Source: Bacteroidetes bacterium SW_4_67_19
Lineage (GTDB): Bacteria > Bacteroidota > Rhodothermia > Rhodothermales > Salinibacteraceae
DNA: 47,251 bases
Assembly (NCBI GenBank): GCA_003023275.1
Contig: PXTX01000057.1
Span: 1-47,251, forward strand
Reading direction: 5' to 3'
Below are positions 28,055-40,902 of the stretch, piece after piece. The translations under genes and the position numbers were made by a program. The first letter of the stretch is position 1. Each line of letters starts with the position of its first letter. The notes beneath the pieces are model-generated. The model did no database searches. It saw nothing but the letters and a program-made list of their open reading frames with translations, and was not told the origin of the DNA.

Positions 28055-28210
28055 TGAAATGACGCCCTCGCTCACTGATTTGAATTCATTCAACGCGACC
28101 TCTTTTCGTTCAAGGGCTGCTCTTCTCCCCGAAGCCGGAGCATTCGGTCGGATACAGCCCGGTTGGGCTCGCCGTGCACGCGCCGCCGGGCCGCGAAGGG
28201 CGTCGGCGTC

Positions 28211-28978
28211 TCAGGGCTCATCGCCTTCGTCCGTTTCTTCTCCGGGCCGCACCGTCTGATCGAGCGGGCGGCCGAGGCGCTCGTAGAGGCGCCGGCGCGC
28301 GGCCTTGTCGCCTTCGAGCACCTCGCAGGCGTGGCGCGCCACCTCGACGGCGTGCTCGCGCGGCACCACGATCACCCCGTCGCCGTCGGCTACGATCACG
28401 TCGCCGGGCTGCACCAGCGCGCCGCCGACCTCGATGGGGCGGTTGACCGATTCGAGCATGTTACGCCCCGGGCGGATGCCGCGCCCGCGCTTCTTCGGGT
28501 TCAGGTACACGGGCACCTCCTCGACGGCTCCGTCGCCGCTGGCGTCGATCACGACGACCGAGCCCGGGTCGATTTTTTCGGCAAAAGGTTCCGGCGACAC
28601 TTCATCGTACCAGCGGCCTTTCCATTGCTTGAAGGAGTCCGGCGGCATGGGATTGGACACGACGCGGTCGTGCGGCACGTAGCGCACCGTCAGCGCGATG
28701 CCGTGGAACTGGTGGTTGAGTTTCTCGAAGTCTTTCCAGAGCGACTGGATGCGCGGATCCATCAGGCCCACGTTGCGCAGGCCCACGAGGTCCATGCCAT
28801 CGCTCACGTCGGCCACGCGCAGGCCGTCGTACAGCTCCAGCAGCCGCTCGTCGCTCACCTCGGTGGTGTCGGGGGGGGAAAGGTACTGCTGCTGCGCGGC
28901 GGCGGGGCGGGAAAGGGCAACCAGCCCCGCCAGGAGCAGGGCGAAGGTCGGGACGGAGGCAGGGCGGAAGCGGGACAT
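28211..28978 (-). pseudogene. Secreted RraA/HMG-aldolase-like protein, apparently internally deleted
   Basis: LRVADVSDGMD, GIALTVRY, PGSVVVIDA, VQPGDVIVADGDGVIVVP present; the central G..RD segment is missing. Confidence 0.7.
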
Positions 28979-29358
28979 GTTCGTGTGCAACGTTGAGGAG
29001 CGAAGCGTCAAACGATGTGCATCGGCGCCGACGAGTCGCAGCAGCCTGGGCGCCCCCGAAAACCGAGAGAAGAAAACTCGAAGCCGTTTTCGTACTACCA
29101 TCGCAGATCGTTTTTTGTTAGGCTGCCTTCCGGAAAAGTTCTCCATTCGGGAGCCTCCTGCGGTATTTCATGCCCTCCTCCGTCCGCTCATTTTTTCTAT
29201 GAACATCTTGCAGCGCCTCGTCTGCTTTCTGGCTGTCGCCCGATCCAGCAAATCATGCTGCAATCTGCTGCGGACGGCTCCGGGTCGGATCTGAAATCGT
29301 CCGAAATATGTACTGCTACGTGTTTACTGATTTCTCTCTTTTCAACCGTTTTCTGCGA

Positions 29359-31791
29359 ATGCGCCTCCGTTACCTCACTTCCTCTCGTACGCTCCCTTTT
29401 CTTACGTTCCTCGCGCTTCTGCTGGCCGCTGCGCCCGCTGTGCACGCACAACCGTCGGCTACGCAGTCCGACGTGAACATCCGCCGTGCTGGGGACGTGC
29501 CCGCTACCGCGACGCGGCTGGTGAAAAACCCGTCTGACGGACAGCTGTACGTGCTCGCCGTCGACGGCGACGTCTACCGCCTCGGTTCCGACGGCGAGGG
29601 CAGGTTTTCGCTCCCCGCCGAGCCGCTCTACGATTCCGCCGACCACGGCCTCTGCGAAGACGGCAGTGGCGGGGAGTGCGCGCAGGGCATGGCCTTTGGC
29701 CCCGAGGGCGCGCTCTACATCGTCGCCAACGAACTTTTCGACGGCAACCGCAAAGAAAACGCCACGAGGACGGTCGCCACGGTGGCGAAAGGCACGCCGA
29801 CCGAAAGCGGGCGCACCTGGCGGACGCTGGCGCAGACCGAGCCGTACCTCCTCAGCCACACCGCCTTCGACCATCGCTTCAACGGGATTGCCGTCAGCCC
29901 TGACGGCGGGCACGTCTTTCTCAACAGCGGTTCGCGCACCGACCACGGCGAGGCGCACGAGGGGGCGCGCGAGCTTCCGATTACCTCGGCTATCCTGCGC
30001 GTGCCTACCGACGCCGACGGCCTCACGCTCCAGAATGACAGCACGACGCTGGCGGAGGGCGGCTACCTCTTTGCCGACGGCACGCGCAACGAGTTCGATC
30101 TGGCCTTTTCGCCGGAGGGGCGCCTCTTCGGCGTCGGCAACGCCGGGGACCGCGACGATTCCGGCGAACTCAACTGGCTGCGCGAAGGGCGCCACTACGG
30201 TTTCCCGTGGTACATCGGCGGGCACCGCACGCCGCAGTGGTACCAGTCGCGCTTCGGCGGCGGCTACGACGACAGCGAAGATTTGCTCCTCGACGACAAC
30301 CTTTGGAGCAACGACGGCTTTGGCATCGACTATTTCTACACCACGTTCACGGCTCACCGCTCGATGCTGGCGCTGCTCTTCGACAAAGAGGACGCCCTCG
30401 GCGACGGGTACACCGGCGACGCCTTTGCGATGGCCTACCAGGGCGCTGACGACGCGCCGTGGTTCGACCTGAACGACCCCGGCGAAGACCTGGTCCACAT
30501 GGAGTTGACGCCCGCAGAGACGGGGGCCGGCTACACGACCACCGTCACGCGCATCGCCCAGGGCTTCGACCATCCCATCGACGCGGTGCTTAAAGGGAAC
30601 ACCATCTACGTCGCCGGGCGCGGGAGCGAGGCCCTCTGGGCGGTCGAACTGCCGGAGAACGCCGGCCCGCCGAGCGTCGCGCGCACCGTCTTCGACAGCT
30701 TCGAAAGTGGCGACGATCCGAGCTTCACCGAGCCTGATCCTGGCTCGTTTCCTGTCACCGTCGAAACCGTCGAGCCGGGGGGGCCCAACGCCGGCGGCTC
30801 TGCGCTGCGTGCCTCGGTGGAGGAGGTCTCCAACCAGGTGTTTCGCAAAACGCTCGACGCGCCGCTCGAGCTGGGCAGCAACAACCAGTACTTCAATTTC
30901 TACCTCGCCTCGCAGTCCTCGGCCTCCACCGACCTGCGCGTGGGGCTGTTCGAGGACGCCGACGGCAACGGCGCCACCGACGGCGACGACGACCACCTGT
31001 CGACCATCGTCACGCTCCCGGCTGACTCCTCGGGCTACGAACTGCGGAAACTGGCGCTTTCGGACTTCACCGACGACAACCCCGACACCGGCGACGGCCA
31101 GATCGACGCGGTGCGCCGCGTGAGCTTTCAGTTTGTCGGCACCAGCGGCGGCGATGCGTCGACCGTCTACCTCGACTACCTGGCTTTCAGCGAAGAGGCG
31201 CTTACGCAGGAGCAGGTCCCCGTCGAGTTCGCCGGGGCGCCCACGCCCACCGTCGAGGGGCGCAGCGTGCAGCTCGCCTGGCGGACGCTCACCGAGACGG
31301 GCAACGCCGGCTTCTACGTGCAGCACAGGCGCGAAGGCCAGAGCGACTGGACGCGCGCCTCGGGCCTCGTGTCCACGAAGGCTGAGGGCGGCACCGCCAG
31401 CCGCAAGCTCACCTACGAGCACCACATCGACGGCCTCGCGCCGGGGCGCTACCGCTTTCGCGTCCAGCAGAAGGACCTCGACGGCGACGTGTCGGCGGGG
31501 CCGGGCACGGCGCTCGTGGAGGTGGGGGCGAGCGAAGGCTTTGCGCTCGAGCCGGCCTATCCGAACCCGCTGCAGGCGGGCGAGACGGCCACGCTCGAAG
31601 CGCGCGGCGTCTCGGGTGAGGAAGACGTGCGGGCGACGCTCTACAACAGCCTCGGGCAGAACGTCCGCTCGCTGCCGGTGACGGGCGGCCGGGTCGAGGT
31701 GCGCGCCGAGGGCCTCGCCAGCGGCCTCTACTTCGTGCGCCTAACGGCCGGAGAGCGCACCGTCTCACAGCCGGTCATGCTCGTGCGGTAA
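29359..31791 (+). CDS. Secreted glucose/sorbosone dehydrogenase-like beta-propeller protein with a CBM-like module and T9SS C-terminal domain
   Basis: NSGSRTDHGE, GTRNEFDLAF, ELNW..GRHYGFPW; C-terminal PVEF..YPNP..LYNSLGQ..LASGLYFVRL. Confidence 0.8.
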   Translation: MRLRYLTSSRTLPFLTFLALLLAAAPAVHAQPSATQSDVNIRRAGDVPATATRLVKNPSDGQLYVLAVDGDVYRLGSDGEGRFSLPAEPLYDSADHGLCEDGSGGECAQGMAFGPEGALYIVANELFDGNRKENATRTVATVAKGTPTESGRTWRTLAQTEPYLLSHTAFDHRFNGIAVSPDGGHVFLNSGSRTDHGEAHEGARELPITSAILRVPTDADGLTLQNDSTTLAEGGYLFADGTRNEFDLAFSPEGRLFGVGNAGDRDDSGELNWLREGRHYGFPWYIGGHRTPQWYQSRFGGGYDDSEDLLLDDNLWSNDGFGIDYFYTTFTAHRSMLALLFDKEDALGDGYTGDAFAMAYQGADDAPWFDLNDPGEDLVHMELTPAETGAGYTTTVTRIAQGFDHPIDAVLKGNTIYVAGRGSEALWAVELPENAGPPSVARTVFDSFESGDDPSFTEPDPGSFPVTVETVEPGGPNAGGSALRASVEEVSNQVFRKTLDAPLELGSNNQYFNFYLASQSSASTDLRVGLFEDADGNGATDGDDDHLSTIVTLPADSSGYELRKLALSDFTDDNPDTGDGQIDAVRRVSFQFVGTSGGDASTVYLDYLAFSEEALTQEQVPVEFAGAPTPTVEGRSVQLAWRTLTETGNAGFYVQHRREGQSDWTRASGLVSTKAEGGTASRKLTYEHHIDGLAPGRYRFRVQQKDLDGDVSAGPGTALVEVGASEGFALEPAYPNPLQAGETATLEARGVSGEEDVRATLYNSLGQNVRSLPVTGGRVEVRAEGLASGLYFVRLTAGERTVSQPVMLVR

Positions 31792-31984
31792 GGACGCGGA
31801 GCGTCTGGCGTCGGAGGGGGGCGCTGGGCGTCCCGTCGCTTCTGATGTAGCGAGCGGAAAGCAAGTAGGCCCCGCCGGCAATAGGCCCTCCGGTAACGAG
31901 AGCAGCAGACGTGAAACCCCTGCTGCTGCGGTCCTTTGGTGTATATGTGCGGGTCGTATGGATCTGCCGCAAAAGGCGCCCGTT

Positions 31985-32008
31985 GCCCCGGCATGTACAT
32001 CGGCGGGA
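31985..32008 (+). repeat. 24-bp exact copy of topoisomerase 5' coding sequence (32534-32557)
   Basis: gccccggcatgtacatcggcggga at both positions. Confidence 0.9.
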
Positions 32009-32061
32009 GCGAAAAGCCGCGTGTTGCCCGCAAGTTCAGCAATTGCTTTCTGACCTCTGCG

Positions 32062-32403
32062 ATGATAGCCAAGAACTGGTCATCAACGGGGCCCCTCGCC
32101 CCGCCCGACAAAGAAAAGCTCCAGTCCGTGGCCCGTCGGAACGACGTCTCGCTACTGGGCCTCTTCGGCTCTACGGCTCGAGGAGACGCCACCCGCAAAA
32201 GCGACGTGGACGTGATGGCCCGCTTCTCGAAGCGAAAAAGCCTGCTCGACCTCGTGCGCATCGAGCGCGAGATGTCCGATGCGTTGGGACGGAAGGTGGA
32301 TTTGCTGACGGAAGCTTCCATCAGTCCGCACCTGCGGGATCGCATCCTCGACGAAATGATCGTGCTCTTTGGGACACCGCCACGGACGACCTACCCGTGT
32401 TGA
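32062..32403 (+). CDS. Minimal nucleotidyltransferase (MNT) antitoxin
   Basis: LFGSTARG..SDVDV, SLLDLVRIEREMSDALGRKVDLLT; the tail runs into the toxin remnant. Confidence 0.88.
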   Translation: MIAKNWSSTGPLAPPDKEKLQSVARRNDVSLLGLFGSTARGDATRKSDVDVMARFSKRKSLLDLVRIEREMSDALGRKVDLLTEASISPHLRDRILDEMIVLFGTPPRTTYPC

Positions 32404-32441
32404 AAGAGCGCGTGGCCCGCATCCTCGACGAACGAACCTGA
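32367..32441 (+). pseudogene. C-terminal remnant of a HEPN/DUF86 toxin
   Basis: LWDTATDDLPVLKERVARIL* resembles the terminal DUF86 helix; directly follows the MNT. Confidence 0.7.
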
Positions 32442-32463
32442 CAGACCTCGAACCCAAACCGCT

Positions 32464-34404
<1,941 letters not shown>

Positions 34405-34448
34405 GCGCGGGAGCGTGGGGGAACGGGAGCGCGGGGGCGTGGGTGAAA
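34405..34448. repeat. Octamer arm (GGGAGCGY type)
   Basis: gggagcgt-gggggaac-gggagcgc-gggggcgt-gggtgaaa; the complementary type (ctcccgga-ctcccgca-ctcccacg) precedes xylA at ~21903-21931. Confidence 0.7.
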
Positions 34449-34489
34449 GAACGCAAGCAACGCGACCTGTGGAAGCAACGCCCCGATCT

Positions 34490-34711
34490 ATGGAAGCGCC
34501 ACTGACGAACGTGCAACGCGAACTGCTGAAGCTCTTTGCACTCGACGTGCCGGAGGAAGAGCTGCGCGAGATCCGGCAGCTCTTGGCGCAGCACTTCGCA
34601 GAAAAGGCGACGGAAGAAATGGACCGCTTCGCCGCAGAGGAGGGGCTGACTGCCGAAGACTTCGAGCGATGGGCCTACGAGCATGAGCGACGTTCCACGG
34701 GCGGTCGTTGA
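34490..34711 (+). CDS. Putative antitoxin paired with a PIN toxin
   Basis: 73 aa, acidic and helical (LTNVQRELLKLF..AEKATEEMD); overlaps the PIN gene. Confidence 0.75.
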   Translation: MEAPLTNVQRELLKLFALDVPEEELREIRQLLAQHFAEKATEEMDRFAAEEGLTAEDFERWAYEHERRSTGGR

Positions 34712-35120
34712 CACGAATGTCTTCATCGCCAGCATTGGCCGGACGTCACCGTACCGGTGGCTTTTCGATGCGTTGCTCGAAGGCGACTTCCGCCTCTGCC
34801 TTTCCACGCCGATTCTCTTGGAGTACGAAGAGGTGCTGGCAGACAAAACGACGCCTGCTGTGAGCCGCAACGTGTCGGGCCTGCTGCTGGCATTGCCGAA
34901 CGTGGCGCGCGTCCGTCCGCATTATCGCTGGCGTCTGATTAAGGCCGATCCGGACGACAACAAGTTCGTGGATGCGGCACTGGCGGCGGGGGCTGCGTGC
35001 ATCGTCACGCACGATGCGCATTTCGACGCGTTGCGCGAGAAAGACTTCCCATCCGTGCGCGTGCTCTCGGCAGAGGGATTTCGGGTCTTTCTAAATGAGC
35101 AAATGGATGCGGCATGGTAG
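34683..35120 (+). CDS. PIN-domain putative toxin (VapC-like)
   Basis: VVDTNV, ILLEYEEV, DPDDNKFVDAA, IVTHDAHF acidic PIN residues. Confidence 0.9.
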   Translation: MSDVPRAVVDTNVFIASIGRTSPYRWLFDALLEGDFRLCLSTPILLEYEEVLADKTTPAVSRNVSGLLLALPNVARVRPHYRWRLIKADPDDNKFVDAALAAGAACIVTHDAHFDALREKDFPSVRVLSAEGFRVFLNEQMDAAW

Positions 35121-35172
35121 AGAACGCGGCCGTATGCATTGTGCCCGAAAGAAAGCAACGACGAGTGACGCC

Positions 35173-35888
35173 ATGCCCAACGCTGCCGAGGTCCCGCCCG
35201 ACGACGAACGCCTCTACGCGCTCATCCAGCAGGAGGCGTGGCTGAAGGCGCTCGACTGGCTGCACCGCGCGTGGCGCCGGCTGGACGGCGACTCGCCCGC
35301 CTGACCGACGCGCTGGCCGAGCGCAAGCAGGCGGCGGGCGATGAGGAAGCGGTCCGCTCGCTGCGGCGGCTGGGGGCGGACGAGGGCGGCCAGCAGGCGT
35401 CCGGGAGGCGCGTGCGGCGCGACGACATGGAGGTTGGCGACGCGCCCGTCCGGCTCACGCGCGTGTCTTCGCCGAAAGGCACGCCAGACGCTCGGGCGTC
35501 GCTCTTCAAGTCCGAGCAGGAACGGGCGTTCTTCGAGACGCTGCGCGCAGCGTTCCCGACGCATCTGGTGTATCCGAACGCCGCCCTGAGCGCCGCGCTC
35601 GACTTCGAGCAGATCGAACACCGGCTTTCGAATGCCGAGCGGGACTACTTCTTCCGCGCGCTCGTCGACGCGGTCGTCGTGGACCCGCTCGGCGACTTGC
35701 GCCCGGTCTACTTCTTCGAGTTGGACAGCGCCCATCACGACCCCGCCGAGGCGCGACGGAAAGACCGACGAAAAGACGCCATTCTGGCGAAAGCCGGGCA
35801 GACGCTTTTTCGCCTGCGCCGCACCGACGCCGGGGCCGGTCGCGAAGCGTTCGAGAAAGCGATCCGCGCGGCTGTTCGTGGAGCATAG
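35173..35888 (+). pseudogene. DUF2726-like protein split by a frameshift
   Basis: N-terminal part 35173-35304 stops; the downstream frame has SEQERAFF..VDAVVVD..FFELDSAHH..DRRKDAIL. Confidence 0.7.
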
Positions 35889-36068
35889 TTCGTGAGTCGT
35901 GGTTCGTGGGTCGTTCTCGTCTGGAAACGGCTGCGTGCGAAGCAGGCGATGATGTGTTGGATGAAAGACCGCCGTCCGTCGTCCACGGTCCAGACGGACG
36001 GGAATCCTCACGAAGCAGACGTTCGTAGAGGAGAGCAACTACGCCTCGAAAGCCGTGCCGCCGAAGCC

Positions 36069-36644
36069 ATGACTGCCGTCACCTCCGTCGCTCTCGGCAT
36101 TGGGCTGGCCGCCGCGTGCGGGTTTCGCGTCTTCGCGCCGCTGCTGGGGCTGAGCCTCGCCCACCGCGCCGGGCTCGCCCTGCCGCTGGCCGACGGCTTC
36201 GGCTGGGTGCAGACCGACACGGCGTTGATTCTGCTGGTCGTGGCGACCGTGCTGGAGGTACTGGCCTATTTCGTTCCCTTCATCGACAACGCGCTCGACA
36301 CGGTCGCGACCCCGGCGGCGATGGCAGCGGGCGTGGGCGCGAGCGCCTCGGTGCTGGCCGACTTCTCGCCGGTGATGCAGTGGGGCCTCGCGGCAGTGGC
36401 CGGCGGCGGCGCAGCGGGCCTCGTGCAGGGCGGTACCGTCGCGGCGCGCGGGGCCTCCTCGGCGAGCACCGGCGGGCTGGGCAACTTCCTCGTGGCCGGC
36501 GGCGAGGCGCTGCTGTCGGTGTTGACCACCGTGCTGGCCCTCTTCGCGCCGGTCATTGCGCTGGTCGTCGTGGCCGGGCTGTGCTTTCTCGGCGTGCGCG
36601 CGATTCGGCGTCGAAGTGGCAGCGGCGAGTCGGTGAGTGCGTAG
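36069..36644 (+). CDS. DUF4126-like membrane protein
   Basis: GIGLAAACGFRVFAPLL, LEVLAYFVPFIDNALD, STGGLGN. Confidence 0.8.
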   Translation: MTAVTSVALGIGLAAACGFRVFAPLLGLSLAHRAGLALPLADGFGWVQTDTALILLVVATVLEVLAYFVPFIDNALDTVATPAAMAAGVGASASVLADFSPVMQWGLAAVAGGGAAGLVQGGTVAARGASSASTGGLGNFLVAGGEALLSVLTTVLALFAPVIALVVVAGLCFLGVRAIRRRSGSGESVSA

Positions 36645-36697
36645 GTGCGCGAGTGCGTAAGTGGAGGGAGGCGCTGCGAAAAGAAAACCTACCGCGC

Positions 36698-37495
36698 TCA
36701 TCGCAGCAGCCCGAGGTGTTCCTGCAGGTCCTCGCGGCGGCTGCGACTGACCTTCAGGCGCGTGCCGTCGTCCAGTTCCACGGCGTAGCGCCCGCCGCTG
36801 CGCGTGAGCAGGGAATCCACGCGCTCCAGGCGCACGATGGTCGAGCGGTGGATGCGGAAAAAGACCTCCGGGTCGAGGCGTTCTTCGAGCGTCTTCATGC
36901 GCTCACGGATCGGATAGCGCTCCCCGCCGCCCAGATGCAACTCGGCGTAGGAGCCGTCAGCGGTGATGTAGTCGATGTCGGTGACGGAGACGATGCGCGT
37001 GCGCCCCGGCGTCTCGACGGCGATGCGCTCGAGGTAGGACGACGGCGCCGTCTGGGGGGCGTCTGGGGTGGGCGTTTCGCCGGATTCGTTTTCCAGCAAG
37101 GTAAGCAGGCGGTCGGCGGTCTGGCTCTTTTCGTGGAGGCGGACTTGCTCCCGGGCGCGGGCGAAGGCTTCCTCGAAGCGCTCGTCGTCGAAGGGCTTGA
37201 CGAGGTAGTCGAGGGCGGCCAGGCGGAAGGCTTCCAGCGCGTACTGGTCGTAGGCGGTCACGAAGACGGTAGGCGGCATCGCCTGCGGCCCGATCTCGCG
37301 GATCACGTCCACGCCGTCGAGGCCGGGCATCTGCACGTCGAGAAAGACGAGGTCGGGCGCTTCCTCTTCGATCAGGCGGGCGGCCTCGCGTCCGTTTTCG
37401 GCTTCGCCGGCGAGGTCCACGTCGTCGCGCCCGCTCAGCAACTGCCGCAGGCGCCGGCGCGCCAGCGGTTCGTCGTCGACGATGAGCACGCGCAT
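36698..37495 (-). CDS. LytTR family response regulator
   Basis: MRVLIVDDEPLAR, FLDVQMP, FVTAYD, DYLVKP, FFRIHRSTIV, VSRSRR. Confidence 0.95.
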   Translation of the reverse strand: MRVLIVDDEPLARRRLRQLLSGRDDVDLAGEAENGREAARLIEEEAPDLVFLDVQMPGLDGVDVIREIGPQAMPPTVFVTAYDQYALEAFRLAALDYLVKPFDDERFEEAFARAREQVRLHEKSQTADRLLTLLENESGETPTPDAPQTAPSSYLERIAVETPGRTRIVSVTDIDYITADGSYAELHLGGGERYPIRERMKTLEERLDPEVFFRIHRSTIVRLERVDSLLTRSGGRYAVELDDGTRLKVSRSRREDLQEHLGLLR

Positions 37496-37652
37496 GGCTT
37501 CGCGGTTGCGGGTTGCAGGTTGAAAGTTGAAGGGGTTTCGGGTCGCAGGGGGTTTGCCTGGCAGAAACGTTTGCCAACAACCCGTGAGGACGCGACGCGC
37601 GCGACGAGCAATGTGCGCCGTTGAACAACGACCCGCGAACCACGCGACCCGG
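37496..37652. repeat. Heptamer arms between the kinase and response regulator
   Basis: Minus strand: cgggtcg-cgtggttcg-cgggtcg after the stop; cttcaac-tttcaac-ctgcaac-ccgcaac before the ATG. Confidence 0.75.
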
Positions 37653-38882
<1,230 letters not shown>

Positions 38883-39196
38883 AAAAGCAAGTGTCTTCTC
38901 GCTAAATAAACATATATCTGGTTCGGTAGAAAAACCTTCCCGGTGTCGTGTAGCCCGGACGGTTTGTGCTTTGCAAAACGCCCAGGACGTGCCGAAAAGC
39001 CCACCAGGCGGGTGTGACACGCGCAACGCGACGGGCCGTTCGCCGAAACCCACGCGCCTGCGTGCAACCCGTGGCGTCTGCGTGCAACTCGTCGCAAGGG
39101 CCGAACCTCTCCGGCGCGCAGCCTTACCCAGAGATGCCGGTCAGAGATTCCGCGACGCATTTCTGGCTTCCTTTCACGCAGTTCGTCTTTGTGCCG

Positions 39197-40735
39197 ATGG
39201 CTCTCCAACGCGTTCCCCCAGACGGAGACCCGTCAGACGGAGCCCCGTTCCTGCAGCCCTTTTCGTTCGTCATCGTGGCGCTCGGTGCTGCTTTGCTGCT
39301 GGGGGCGTGCGGGTCGGGCGAAGGGGGAGGAGAGGAGGGAGACGCGCCCGTGCCGGCGGTGGAGGTCGTGCAGGCGCGCTACGGGGCGCTGCCATTGCGC
39401 GAGCAGCTCAGCGGCACCGTCGAGGCGCAGGGGCAGGTGCAGGTCTACCCCGAGCGTGCGGGGCGCCTCGTGTCGGTGTCGGCGGAGAACGGGGATTTCG
39501 TGCGGGAGGGCGAGGCGCTGGCGCGCATCAGCGGGCAGTCCTCGCGGGCGCAGCTGTCGCAGGCGCAGGCGAGCCTGGAGTCGGCCCAGGCGCGGGCCCA
39601 GGAGGCAAAGGCCACCCTCGAGGAGATTCGGGCGCAGTTTAAGCGCACCCAGAAGCTGGCCGAGCAGGACATGGTCAGCGAGCAGAAGCTCGAGTCGCAG
39701 CGCGCGCAGATGCAGAGCGCCGAGGCGAGTTACCAGCAGGCGAAGGCGCAGGTGCAGCAGGCGCGCGGCACGGTTGACGAGCGCGCCGAGGCGGTCGGGC
39801 AGACGGTCGTGCGCGCGCCCATCAGTGGGCGCGTGGGGCAGCGCAACGCGGAGGTCGGGATGCAGGCCGATGGGCAGACGCCGCTTTTCACCATCGGCGA
39901 CTTGAGCAAGGTGCAGGTGGAGGTGCCGGTGACGCAGGAGATGCTGGGTCGCATCGCGGAGGGGCAGCCCGCGCGCATCACCGCCAGCGGGCTGCGCGAC
40001 AGCACGATCGGCGCCGAGGTGTCGCGCATCTCGCCGTTCATCGAGTCGGGCACCTACAGCGCGGAGGCAGAGATCGACGTAAACAACGAAAACGGCCCGT
40101 TGCGTCCCGGCATGTTCGTGAACGTGGACGTGTCCTACGGAGAAACGCGCAAGGCCACGCTCGTCCCCGTGAGCGCGCTTCACGAACACCCCGAGACGGG
40201 CCGGCGCGGCGTCTACGTGGCGCCGTCGCTGGGATCGGAGCTTCAGCCGCGCCCGGTGGAGTCGTCCGCGGAAGGCAGCGGCTCCGCGAGCGGTTCGGCG
40301 GCGGGCGGCGGCGCGTCGTCGGACGGCGCGTCGGGCGGGTCTTCCGGCGGGGGAGGCGCGTCGTTGGTCGGGCCGGTGCCGGTGCAGTTTCGCCCCGTCG
40401 AGGTCGTGGCCGAGGGGGGGCAGATCGCCGGCGTGCGCGGCATTGAGCCGGACACGTGGGTCGTGGTCGTGGGCCAGCACCTGCTCGAAAGCGGCGGTGG
40501 CGGACGGGGCCGTCGTGGCGGCAGCGAAGGCGGGCAGCAGCAAGGGCCGCCGGAAGCACGCGCGCGGCCCATTCTGTGGTCGCGTGTGGTAGACTTGCAG
40601 CAACTCCAGCAGCAAGACCTCCTGCGCCAGTTCATGGACAAGCAGCAGCGCCGGGCGCGCTCCGCCGCCGGCGGGGCGGTGGATACGAGCGGCGGCGCAT
40701 CGTGGCGCGCGGATACGACCGGGGCGTCGTCGTGA
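39197..40735 (+). CDS. RND efflux periplasmic adaptor (MFP), lipoprotein
   Basis: Lipobox LLGAC, coiled-coil hairpin, VRAPISG, LRPGMFV. Confidence 0.9.
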   Translation: MALQRVPPDGDPSDGAPFLQPFSFVIVALGAALLLGACGSGEGGGEEGDAPVPAVEVVQARYGALPLREQLSGTVEAQGQVQVYPERAGRLVSVSAENGDFVREGEALARISGQSSRAQLSQAQASLESAQARAQEAKATLEEIRAQFKRTQKLAEQDMVSEQKLESQRAQMQSAEASYQQAKAQVQQARGTVDERAEAVGQTVVRAPISGRVGQRNAEVGMQADGQTPLFTIGDLSKVQVEVPVTQEMLGRIAEGQPARITASGLRDSTIGAEVSRISPFIESGTYSAEAEIDVNNENGPLRPGMFVNVDVSYGETRKATLVPVSALHEHPETGRRGVYVAPSLGSELQPRPVESSAEGSGSASGSAAGGGASSDGASGGSSGGGGASLVGPVPVQFRPVEVVAEGGQIAGVRGIEPDTWVVVVGQHLLESGGGGRGRRGGSEGGQQQGPPEARARPILWSRVVDLQQLQQQDLLRQFMDKQQRRARSAAGGAVDTSGGASWRADTTGASS

Positions 40736-40902
40736 GGACGGGGGACGACGGACGGCAGACGGCGGGGCTTCGATTTGCGATTGCGTTGCCCTCGGGCAGG
40801 CAGCATTGCTTCTCGGCGAGGAGGGGCACAACACCGAGTGGCCCGCACCATCGTTGTGCCCCGAAAAACCTTCAATTTTCAACCTTTAACCTTCAACCCG
40901 CC

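Noticed and set aside
31901..31927. agcagcag/ctgctgct hairpin as a riboswitch or ncRNA
   Set aside because: A single short stem with no recognisable RNA family motif.
40260..40550. Gly/Ser-rich inserts in the RND adaptor as mobile insertions
   Set aside because: In-frame low-complexity linkers without terminal repeats.
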